Assembly: GCA_965603825.1 (NCBI GenBank) | Contig: CBFDEM010000002.1 | Span: 558,001 to 622,000, forward strand | DNA: 64,000 nt | Direction: 5' to 3' | Source of the DNA: Blepharisma stoltei ATCC 30299 | Lineage: Eukaryota > Protista > Ciliophora | Part shown: positions 54,835 to 64,000 of the stretch, one piece after another | Layout of the letters: every line of letters starts with the position of its first letter | Position numbering within the stretch: position 1 is the first letter of the stretch | Notes under the pieces: generated by a model | Told to the model about the DNA's origin: nothing | The model's input: only the letters and a program-made list of their open reading frames with translations | Database searches by the model: none | Translations under genes and position numbers: made by a program

Positions 54835-56244
54835 ATGTTCAGCAGAGCCTTAGGAAAGACAAGCCTCTACGTCCCACTTCGTAGCTTCTCCGGCGCTGGC
54901 GCACATCCTCAAAAACTAGGTGACAAAACTCACCTTGAGACAGCAATTGTTGGCCAAGGCCAATACTTGAACGCCGGAAATCTGATGCTTGGCACATTTT
55001 GTAAAAAACACCCAAAGCTGCCAGTCGCATTAATCAGCGATAAAACTCGTCTCGTGGTACACGAGTTCTCAAAAGACCTCTACGTCCATGATTCATATAA
55101 AAATGAGTCTTCAACAGGGAAAGCTATTTTTGCAGCTCCAAAGAAAGGCTTTTTCTACAGGATTGACAGCGACGTCCTCAAATTTGACCCTAAAAACAAC
55201 AAGCTTGTGATGGCAGAAAAAACATTCACCTATGACCATCTTATTTTGGCTGTTGAACAGCTCTATGATTGGGGAAAGGTTAAAAATCTGGAAGAGGCTG
55301 TAAAGGATTATTTCAATTCTCATGTGATGACCACAGCACAGTGCAACTTTTCGTCTAATGTGGTAAGAGCTTCAAGAGAGTTCAGGTATGGCAATTTTAT
55401 CTACGCAATTCCAAAAATTCCTCATAAAAATGAAGGTACTTCACATATTTTTGCATGGTTCAACGCCCTGGCTAATGATAAGTATACAGCTTCCCAATGG
55501 TGCAACTCCAAGTTTATAATCACCACTCCTGATACCTGCATCCACAGAAACCCAACTGTGAATGCTCAGCTGCTAGATTTGGCTCAGAAGAAAGGAATTG
55601 AGGTCAAATTCGGCCTCCAATTAACAGAAATTAGGTATAACAATATAAAAGAGTATCACAGGATTAGTGATGCAGTCTTCAAAGACGTCAAAACAGGCCA
55701 AGAAGTAGTTATGGATTATGGTTGGCTTGCTACATACCCAGAATGCAAGGCTCCTGAAGTTATTTCTCCATTCCTTGAGAACGAGGCTATTCCTCTTAAC
55801 CCTGAAACTCTTCAGCATACTAAGTTCGAAAATGTCTTTTCCTTTGGAGAGTGCACAAACCTACCAACAATAAACAACGCAATCGCCCAAATAGCCCAAG
55901 CACAAGTGGTGGCTGGAAACGTTGGGTACATGAAGACAAATATGCCATTAAAGTACCATTATGATGGCACTTCAGCAACCCCAATATTTATTGACATGCA
56001 TAAGCTCATTATGCCAGGCTTCAAATATGGATGGGAGCCTGTCTCCACCAGAATGGCACAAAACGTAGATGGCTTCTTACAAGGCCTTAAACAGTCACTA
56101 AGCTTCAAGCTCTTCGCCAAGAGAGAAAAGAAGATCTATGAAAAGAAAATGCAAGGCAAAGTATACGGGCCACCAAACTGGACCAGGCCAAACAAGCACT
56201 CCTCTTCCACAAAGACAAGTGTGGAGCCTGCCAAAGCTCATTAA
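54835..56244 (+). CDS. Mitochondrial sulfide:quinone oxidoreductase-like protein lacking catalytic cysteines, 469 aa
   Basis: Presequence MFSRAL..RSFS; YDHLILA, ETLQHTKFENVFSFGECTNLPT, YDGTSATP. Confidence 0.85.
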   Translation: MFSRALGKTSLYVPLRSFSGAGAHPQKLGDKTHLETAIVGQGQYLNAGNLMLGTFCKKHPKLPVALISDKTRLVVHEFSKDLYVHDSYKNESSTGKAIFAAPKKGFFYRIDSDVLKFDPKNNKLVMAEKTFTYDHLILAVEQLYDWGKVKNLEEAVKDYFNSHVMTTAQCNFSSNVVRASREFRYGNFIYAIPKIPHKNEGTSHIFAWFNALANDKYTASQWCNSKFIITTPDTCIHRNPTVNAQLLDLAQKKGIEVKFGLQLTEIRYNNIKEYHRISDAVFKDVKTGQEVVMDYGWLATYPECKAPEVISPFLENEAIPLNPETLQHTKFENVFSFGECTNLPTINNAIAQIAQAQVVAGNVGYMKTNMPLKYHYDGTSATPIFIDMHKLIMPGFKYGWEPVSTRMAQNVDGFLQGLKQSLSFKLFAKREKKIYEKKMQGKVYGPPNWTRPNKHSSSTKTSVEPAKAH

Positions 56245-56302
56245 GTTAAGCTTCATTTATAAACTAGCTTTTCTTTATGCATTAATCATAAGAATTTATT
56301 AA

Positions 56303-57637
56303 ATGGATACAGAATCTCGTCCTGTCCAAATTACTTTGTTCTTGAACTCAGACCTGACACAGCAGAGAGATATCCTTGTATCCCAGCAAATGACTGTGCA
56401 AGATATAATTCGTGATGGGAAGGAAGCTTTTAATATCGATTCTTCAATCAAATGCAAACTTTATGACACTGGTGGAGGCGAGCTCTCTGACGAAGACGTC
56501 GAATATATAAACAAAGAAGAGCCCTTTTTTCTTTCACAGGGGGAAAAATTCTCATCTGAAACCCTTTTTGCAATTTATAAAGAGATCAGGACTTTAGGAA
56601 GAGGCGGATTTGGAACTGTGAAACTTTATAAGCACAAGCTCAGAGATCAGGAAGTAGCCATAAAGTTTATTGATATGAAAAGAGTGGCTTCTCCTGAAGA
56701 CGTGATTCGTGTATTCAAAGAAATACAGCTCTTACGAGACTTGAGGCATCCAGGGATCGTCCAATTAGTTGATGCTTTCCCCAACAACAAACATTTTTGC
56801 TTTGTGATGGAATATTGCAAAGGAGGAGAACTAAAAAGACTAGTCAAGGAAAACGGAAGGCTCCCAGAAAATGAAATAATGTCCATTGGGCTACAAATGT
56901 GTGACGCAATGAGATATTGCCATACAAATAAAGTTATCCATAGAGACTTGAAGCCGGAAAATATTTTATTCAGTGACGTTTCCCATGAGTATATCAAAAT
57001 TGTGGATTTCGGGATTGCAGGGATTTTTACAGGGCAAAACGGGGATCGCTCACAATGCGGGACCTTGCTTTATTTGGCACCAGAAGTTATTTCTGGGCTT
57101 GACAATACTTCGAAGCCAAGTTTAGACATATGGAGTATGGGCTGCATTTTTTACTATCTGCTTACCGCACAAAAGCCATTTACTGGGAACAGTAAAAAGG
57201 ACATCATTCAAAATATTTTGCAAGGAAAATATACTCCTATGTCTGAACATGCTGATGTTTCTCCTCACTGACACAAATTAATAAGAGCTATGCTGAGAGT
57301 GGACCCGAAAAAACGCTGAACATTATTAAAGGTTAGTGATCATTTGTTTAAGTATAAGTATTCGCCAGATGCACCAATTGAGCCTGATACGGAAGATGAA
57401 GAGGAAGAAAAAGTCAAGTGCAGCCTTCTAATTACGCCAAATGCCCAAGGTGAAGGGAGAACTTCGAGAAAGGAAAATGGAAGAAGATCGAGGGCAGGCA
57501 GCCAATTGGAATCAAATCGCTCTCCGATGGGGAGATCTCCAGGAAGGATATCAAGAAGCCCAACATCCTCAGCGAGGAAGAGTGGTCGACCTGCAGCATC
57601 ACCTAATACTTCACCTAAAAAGGGAATAGCTGAATAA
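56303..57637 (+). CDS. CAMK-group Ser/Thr kinase with N-terminal DCX/KHA-like domain, 444 aa; 2 TGA=Trp
   Basis: GRGGFG, VAIK, HRDLKPEN, DFG, APE, DIWSMG. Confidence 0.93.
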
Positions 57638-57837
57638 TTATTATAGTAAATTTTATGTAGAATAAGGAAATGTTTATTTTAAAATAAATAATTATTTGGA
57701 AAATTATGATTTGGCCAATTGAAGAATTTTGCTATTTTTAAGGATTTTATTAGGTAATAATATTTAGCGGTATATATATAAAAGATATATATATTACTGT
57801 ATTTATATGAATTATCCTCAATTGAGTTAAATAAATT

Positions 57838-58386
57838 CTAATAATTCACTTGGCAGTTGAAAGCTATATTTGTCAAATTCCCATTTGCAGCAAATCTTGA
57901 CGACTTTAAAGGAGTTTTATTTCTTGCTTTTATTACATTCGTATTATCATATGCTAAAAAACCTTTAGGTCCTGGTGCCACATTTACATATGTAGAGTCA
58001 CTAACAGTAGTTAGCTCTCTAACGAAATCGAAGTTAGTCGGTCCTCTGGTAGAATTAAACATTGACTGTCGAAGATCGCTTCAAGCAGGGTAACTTTTGC
58101 TGGTAGTTACACTTTCCTTTAAATTCAAGCAGTTAATCAGCTTATTTTCAGAATACTGGCATTTTCGCGATTTATTCGAATGATCAGATGACCTTGTTCT
58201 CGGTTTTGATATCGGCGAATCATCATAATGTAGCTTAGAAGTTTCAGTCCTTTTATAGCCAGGTGAGCCTGCGTGCACTTGGTTTGATTTAATTCTTTTA
58301 TCAATTGGAATGCTTGATTCCAAAATGCTATTAGCATTAACTGTGTTGTATCTCCCTCTGAATCTGCGCAAAAAGTTTGAGTCCAT
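57838..58386 (-). CDS. Hypothetical basic protein, 182 aa (TGA 58081=Trp)
   Basis: Two same-frame ORFs joined by TGA. Confidence 0.65.
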
Positions 58387-58479
58387 TTTATTACGTTTTT
58401 GTTGGTTTTATTTAAAATAAAAATTTTCAATGCTTCATATCTGTTTTTTGGCTTCTTTAATATTAAGAAATGGAATAAA

Positions 58480-59724
58480 ATGGTTGTTAAGAGGATAAAT
58501 AGGTATTTTAGTTTTTGAACAAATGTGCCCAAGGGTCTTTCGGATCCAATTCTTGGTATTTCTGAAGCGTTTAGGAAAGATCATTATCAGAGGAAGGTTA
58601 ATCTAGGAATTGGGGCTTATAGAGATGATGATGGAAATCCATGGACACTTCCATCTGTGGCCAAAGCAAAAGAAATTATTTTGAATTCAAATTTAGATCA
58701 TGAATATTTACCTACAGAAGGCTTAAACACATTTCGAAAAACTGCAGCTCTACTTGCTTACGGCCAATGCCCTGAAATTTCAGAAAACAGAATAGCTAGC
58801 GTCCAATCTTTATCTGGAACTGGAGCTCTAAGACTTGGAATGGCCTTTATAAATCGATTTTATCCTCATCATAAAGTCATTTACGTCCCCAAACCTACAT
58901 GGACTAACCACAAGAACATTGCCAGAGACTCTGGCTTAGAAGTCCGAGAGTATTCTTATTATGATCCTGACACAAAAGGCTTAGATTTTTACAATTTATT
59001 GCGCGATATAAACGAAGCTCCAAGAAATTCTATTATCCTTCTCCATGCATGCGCTCACAACCCAACAGGCCAAGATCCAACTCAAGAGCAATGGGCAGAA
59101 ATTCATGATGTCATCACAAGGAGGCAACATCTTGCATTCTTTGATATGGCTTATCAAGGTTTTGCGTCTGGAAATCCTGATGACGATGCATATGGACTAA
59201 GATATTTTGTTAAAGAGCAAAATTCAGTACTGCTGGCACAGAGTTTTGCAAAGAATTTTGGCTTGTATGCAGAAAGGATTGGGTTGTTCTCAGTTATCAC
59301 TGATTCGAGTGCAGAAACTGATAGAGCTGTTTCACAGTTAAAAATTTTAGGGAGGGCTATGTATTCTAATCCTCCTCTTTATGGGGCTAGAATTGTAAGT
59401 ACTGTACTTAATACTCCTGAACTATATAAGCAATGGCATAAAGATTTATTGACGATGTCTGGAAGAATTAAAGATATGAGGGTAGCATTGGTTGAAAAAT
59501 TAAAGGAAAAAGGATCTCGACACAACTGGAATCATATAGCTAACCAAATTGGAATGTTTGCATATACTGGGCTAAACCCTGACCAGTCACACAATTTAAT
59601 GACTAAAAATCATGTGTATTTAACCTTAGACGGAAGAATTTCAATCGCAGGGCTAAACACCAAAAACGTTGAATATGTAGCTGAAGCAATAGATTCAGTA
59701 ACAAGAAACTCTTCTAATATCTAA
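58480..59724 (+). CDS. GOT2: Mitochondrial aspartate aminotransferase, 414 aa (TGA 58516=Trp)
   Basis: MVVKRINRYFSF[W]TNVPKGLSDPILG; NLGIGAYRD, HACAHNPTG, SFAKNFGLY (PLP Lys), DGRIS. Confidence 0.96.
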
Positions 59725-59729
59725 AAACA

Positions 59730-62042
59730 TTAAGATTTATCTTTATCTTTGCCAGAAAATATGTTACTAATTCTCCATTTTTTCTTCTTTTTGAGAATTT
59801 CTTCCAGCTGTGATTTATATATATCTCTTGAATCTGCCAAGGTGACCATCTCCAGCTTGGCATCAATAGCAACTTTTTCTGCTTCCATAAGATCGTTCAT
59901 AAGGTTATTGTTATGTTCTGCCCATTTTTCTTTAGAAAGCATAAGCTCAGTTTCTAGCCTTTGGATTTCTGCTTTAAGCATGTCCCTTTCAGCCTCAACG
60001 ACTAAAAGTTTGGATTTTTCACTATTTGTGGCTACATTATTAGCTTGGCTTTTAAGCTTTCTTTTTAATTCCTCACATTCAGTGATAAGTTTATCCTGTG
60101 CTCTTTTCAAATCACTGAAGTCTTTTTTTAGCTGTCTATTAGAGGTGAATAATTCTTTGACTTGGTTTTCGAGTCCTTGCTTTTCGATGTCCATATTTTT
60201 GATTAAAAATTCTTTTTCAGCCTAAATAAAGGTTACAATCTCGACTTTGAGTTGGTTGGTTTCTTCAGTTTTTACTGGAGGAAGCTCGATTTTGGGCTCT
60301 TCTTTTGGAGGAAGCTTAGGTGGCTCTTCTTTTTGAGGAGGCTGAGGTGGCTCTTCTTTGGGTTCCTCTTCAATTGAGGACTCAAAAACTGGCTTTGGCT
60401 CTTCAGGCTTGGGAGGGTTAAAGAAAGGACTGATGCTTGATCTGACTTCATATTTTGTTTGTGGGACTATAAATACATTTTCTTTGGGTTTGCCGAATTC
60501 TAAAACTGCTTTGCTAAATTCAACAGTTTTTGGGCGTGAAAATGTACTGGGGCGTGGCCTAGGAAATATACTGCCTCTAGGTGTGGTATCAGCTGAAGGC
60601 GGAGGTCTTACGCTTTGCCGGATTGGAGCAGGTTTAGTGTCTGCTGAAACCTCAGACAGTTCATCAAATAAAGAATCTTCGCCTAAAAATGAAGTCTTAT
60701 TGATATCTAATTGATCTTGCATTTCTTGGATTTTTTCTTTTAATTCTTGATTTTCTCTTGTGAGAACTAATAGTCTTTGAGTAAAATCATACTGCGCCTT
60801 TTTAACAGCGTTATTTTCGCTCTCTTCTAAAGCTCTTAATTTATTTTTTAAGTCTTCATTTTTCTCTGCTGCCAATTTGATTTTTTCAGTAAGCCTGTTT
60901 ATTTCCTTATCTTTTCCATTAATTGCTCTTAAAAGTTCATTATATTTGTATTTTTCTGTTGTTAATTGACCATTGAATTCCTCAATTTTTTCTTCTCTAT
61001 CTTTTTCCATTTCTCTTATATTGCGTTCCAATTGAGAGCACTTCTTTTGAAGATCCTGAATTGCTTGTGTTTTCTGTTCTTCATAGCCTACAGCTGCAGT
61101 TGAAATTTCTTCTTCCAAAGCATCAATAGCTTCTTGTTTATTTTCAAGTCCTTTTAGATAGCTTTCTCTTTCTCTTTCTAATTCCATAACCTTATCTTCT
61201 AAAACCTGGAATTCTTCAGCTAATTTTTCTCTTGATTTTTTCATCTGTTGCAATTTTCCTGCTTGGTCTTTTATCTCTTCTTGCTTTTCCCTAAGTTCCT
61301 CTTCTAAGCTCTCTATTTTTATTTTAAGCTTGCTATTTTCATCACTGCTTTTTTCTTTTTCTTTTTCTGCATTGTCCTCGTCTTCCAATTTCTGTTTCCT
61401 TTCTAGCGACTCTTTTAAAGATTCCGAATCCCTCAGTTTTTTCATCAAATCCTCAATATAAGACTGCATTTCTTCTCCATCAGTTTTTGCTTGTTCTCTT
61501 TCCTCTTCTAATTGGTTTTGCAGCTTATCATATTCTTTTACATATTCGTTATAAGCATCCTGCAGATCTTCTTGTATCTCATTTAAGCTTAAAATTTTTT
61601 TCTCTTTTTCTCTGATTTCTCCTAGAGCATATTCTTTGAACTGTTTTAGTTCTTCTTTAAGCTTATTATTTTGTTCTTGCAATTCTCTAATTAACTCTTG
61701 ATCACCTCCACCAATGAAAGATCCTCCGCTGATGAAGGACCCTGACGATGATTTAGCATCTAAGGCATCTTTTAATTGTTTTTCTCGTTCTAAAGCTTCT
61801 TCTAACTGTTGCTGAAGCTCAGAGATCTGGGTGAGATTTGCACGCAAATGTTGCAAAGAAGATTCAAGAGATTGACTTTTTTGTTGCTCAGCTTGCAACT
61901 GTGCTGAAAGTTCGAAGATTTGGCGCTGGAAATTTCTTTCTTGGTTTTTTTGTTGTGAAGCTACGTCTTGGTATTTTTGACGCTCTTTGGCAAGCTCTTC
62001 TTGGAGATTGTGCAACGCAGATGTCCCAGATTCATCTACCAT
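59730..62042 (-). CDS. Large coiled-coil protein with Pro-rich linker, ~765 aa (intron 60222-60236)
   Basis: Two ORFs joined in frame by the intron. Confidence 0.8.
60222..60236 (-). other. 15-nt intron
   Basis: GTAACCTTTATTTAG; in-frame TAG. Confidence 0.82.
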
Positions 62043-62422
62043 ATTAACAAAATAAATATATTTATTTAGATGCCATTTGAGTTTGATAGTTTTAAAGCTG
62101 AGAATGATAAAATAAGTAATATTTCTTCAATAATTAGTATTTACCTATTTTAAGATTGCTTTCAATTCTTTATTCATAATAATTTCAATATTATTTATTT
62201 ATTCTCAACCAAATCATATAAAAGAAATGCTGCTATAAAACTTCAGGCTATTTAATTATCTGAAATTAATTTAAATTTATCTACTGTTAAATAAGCAGCA
62301 ATAATTGCGTATAAAACGCTATTTTGTAGAGTCTGCGATTTCTAAAGTTTATTTATATATTTATAGCGAGCTTCCTAAATTAGAAGAACCAATTACAACA
62401 AACTATTAGCTAGACTAAATTT

Positions 62423-62695
62423 TTATTTGGAGCTTAGTTCCGACTTCAAACGACTTATTTCTCCACCAGCCTTTTCTAAGCACTCTTGAAGTTGAGTTAT
62501 TTTGGTTTGAGAATGAGTCATATAATTTTGAAGTAATTGCTTTTCCATGCTTAACTCTTCTATCTTCGCTTTTAAATGTGCTGTTTGCTGTTCAGAATCT
62601 TCAATCTTTGCAAGCAGTTCGACATTTTTTTGGCGTTCAATTTTAAGCTGCTCTTGAAGAGAATTTACAAGAGAATTTTCAGAGCTGTCTTCCAT
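62423..62695 (-). CDS. Small coiled-coil protein, 90 aa
   Basis: ATG 62695 to TAA 62423; heptad pattern. Confidence 0.65.
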   Translation of the reverse strand: MEDSSENSLVNSLQEQLKIERQKNVELLAKIEDSEQQTAHLKAKIEELSMEKQLLQNYMTHSQTKITQLQECLEKAGGEISRLKSELSSK

Positions 62696-62929
62696 ATTAT
62701 TCAACAAATGTCAAATGGCAAGTAAATATAGTAAATTATGAAATTTGAAACTGTATAAAAAAATTAAAATTATTTGCTGAGCTTATTTAATATAATAATT
62801 ATTTCAAATTAAGAAATTTAAAACTTATAGCAATCTAAATATCTGAAAAATGCAAATTCAAACTCGCAAATAATTTCCTGTCCATTTTTATGATATGCAA
62901 ATTTACTATTTTTAACTCCAATAAAGATA

Positions 62930-63889
62930 ATGGTAGTGGAATCTCTGATAGGCAGTGTCTGCTGCAGTTTCACCGTGCTTATAGCCACTACCCAAATTCT
63001 CATGCATCTTTGAAACTATAACGAGCCACGGCTCCAGCTTTATATCTCGAGAATAGTTTTAATGGTTCCTGTAGGAGTTATTTAGGCATACTCAATCCAA
63101 AGCTTCCTCTCCATCATATATCCTGACCGTTCTTTATTTTTTAACACTATTAGAGACTGTTACGAAGCTTATGTTCTCTATTTATTTACCAAACTTATCA
63201 TCGAGTATATTGGCGGAGAAGAGCGAGTGGTCACTCATTTCTTACACAAAAAGCAAATCCCTCACTTATGGCCTTTCCAAAACAAGATCCTTATATTGAA
63301 TGAAAAAAGCTATCACAGGATTAAACAAGGCGTTTTCCAATTCATCGTGATCAAGCCTCTTACATCTTGTCTTGCTTTACTATTAGCTGGCTGGAATGTA
63401 TATAAAGAAGCTGATTTTTCGTTTGATAATGGGTATCTTTATTGCTCAATTGTCAACAATATTTCAGTGACAGTATCGCTATACAGCTTAATGCTGCTTT
63501 ATTTGGCTTGTTTTGAACAATTGGAGCCTTTTGGGTGTGTAGGGAAATTTTTGTGCATTAAAGCTGTCATCTTTTTCTCATTCTGGCAATCTTGTGCGTT
63601 TGCAATTATTGTTAGACTGGGATGGTTCGGGGAATTTGAAGAGGCCACTCTATTTGTGTCTTCGCTGCAGGATTTAATTTTGTGCATTGAAATGGCGCTT
63701 GCGTCTGTAGCTTATTGGAAATGCTTCAGCTGAAGAGATTTTGTTATGAAAAACAAGAGAGAGTATAGCTTTTTGAAAAGCGTCCGAGATGTACTGAATG
63801 TAAAAGACGTCATTTATGATGCTAAAAAGACTTTTACACATACTGGTGTGCAGTTGGGTTATAAAGAAAATTCTTGGGAAAACATCTAA
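62930..63889 (+). CDS. TMEM184/organic solute transporter alpha family, 314 aa; intron 63071-63085, 2 TGA=Trp
   Basis: HL[W]NYNEP.LQ..I.RI.LMVP, IRDCYEAYV, KFLCIKAVIFFSFWQ, LILCIEM. Confidence 0.93.
63071..63085 (+). other. 15-nt intron
   Basis: GTAGGAGTTATTTAG between MVP and AYS, which are contiguous in the family. Confidence 0.88.
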
Positions 63890-63918
63890 TTATATTAGGG
63901 AGAATTATGAACAGAAAT

Positions 63919-63999
63919 TTAACTTAAATAATAATATCATGCTAAGGGAGGTAAGGGTCTTGTGTGTCCCAAGTTTCAGTTTCAAGGTTGTAGATTAAT
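63919..63999 (-). CDS. Possible 3' end of a gene entering from outside the window
   Basis: INLQP[W]N[W]NLGHTRPLPPLA[W]YYYLS-TAA, raised GC; only 27 codons visible. Confidence 0.35.
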
Positions 64000-64000
64000 A

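Noticed and set aside
2-63889. Mass pseudogenisation, selenoprotein recoding or a Mycoplasma-like/mitochondrial origin as the cause of internal TGAs
   Set aside because: TGAs align to Trp rather than Cys, the domains are otherwise intact, and the genes are eukaryotic nuclear genes with spliceosomal introns.
736-63998. Many antisense or alternate-frame track ORFs (e.g. 736-1107, 9061-9381, 26059-26451, 50271-50897, 52530-52907, 59749-60225)
   Set aside because: They overlap well-supported genes and have the Ser/Phe/Leu-rich composition of shadow ORFs.

Overview
Gene-dense, AT-rich eukaryotic DNA, best read as macronuclear genome of a heterotrich ciliate and most consistent with Blepharisma (inference). 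Two sequence properties break the supplied ORF track. (1) TGA encodes Trp: it sits at conserved Trp positions in PP2C, RING-H2, MORN, GOT2 and other domains, and every gene I could complete ends in TAA or TAG. (2) Introns are only 15-16 nt (GTA...A at -6...AG; 15 found). Re-reading with these rules gives about 45 genes, including three the track misses entirely (an N-acylated DUF4430/transcobalamin-like protein, PSMG4-like and Tom7-like). The most unusual locus is a tandem duplication (1480-4401 / 4401-6940). It left an intact but fast-diverged eIF5A paralog lacking the hypusine lysine (GKHG>GSHG), and a new open frame fusing half an MFS transporter to canonical eIF5A, conditional on splicing of one 15-nt intron. 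Also notable are a B-box/NYN-like/LOTUS/PAM2 RNA-regulator and several apparent pseudoenzymes (SQR-like, GH47, M14, HAD). No rRNA, tRNA, transposon, telomere array or CRISPR was recognised. All family calls are by eye, without database searches.
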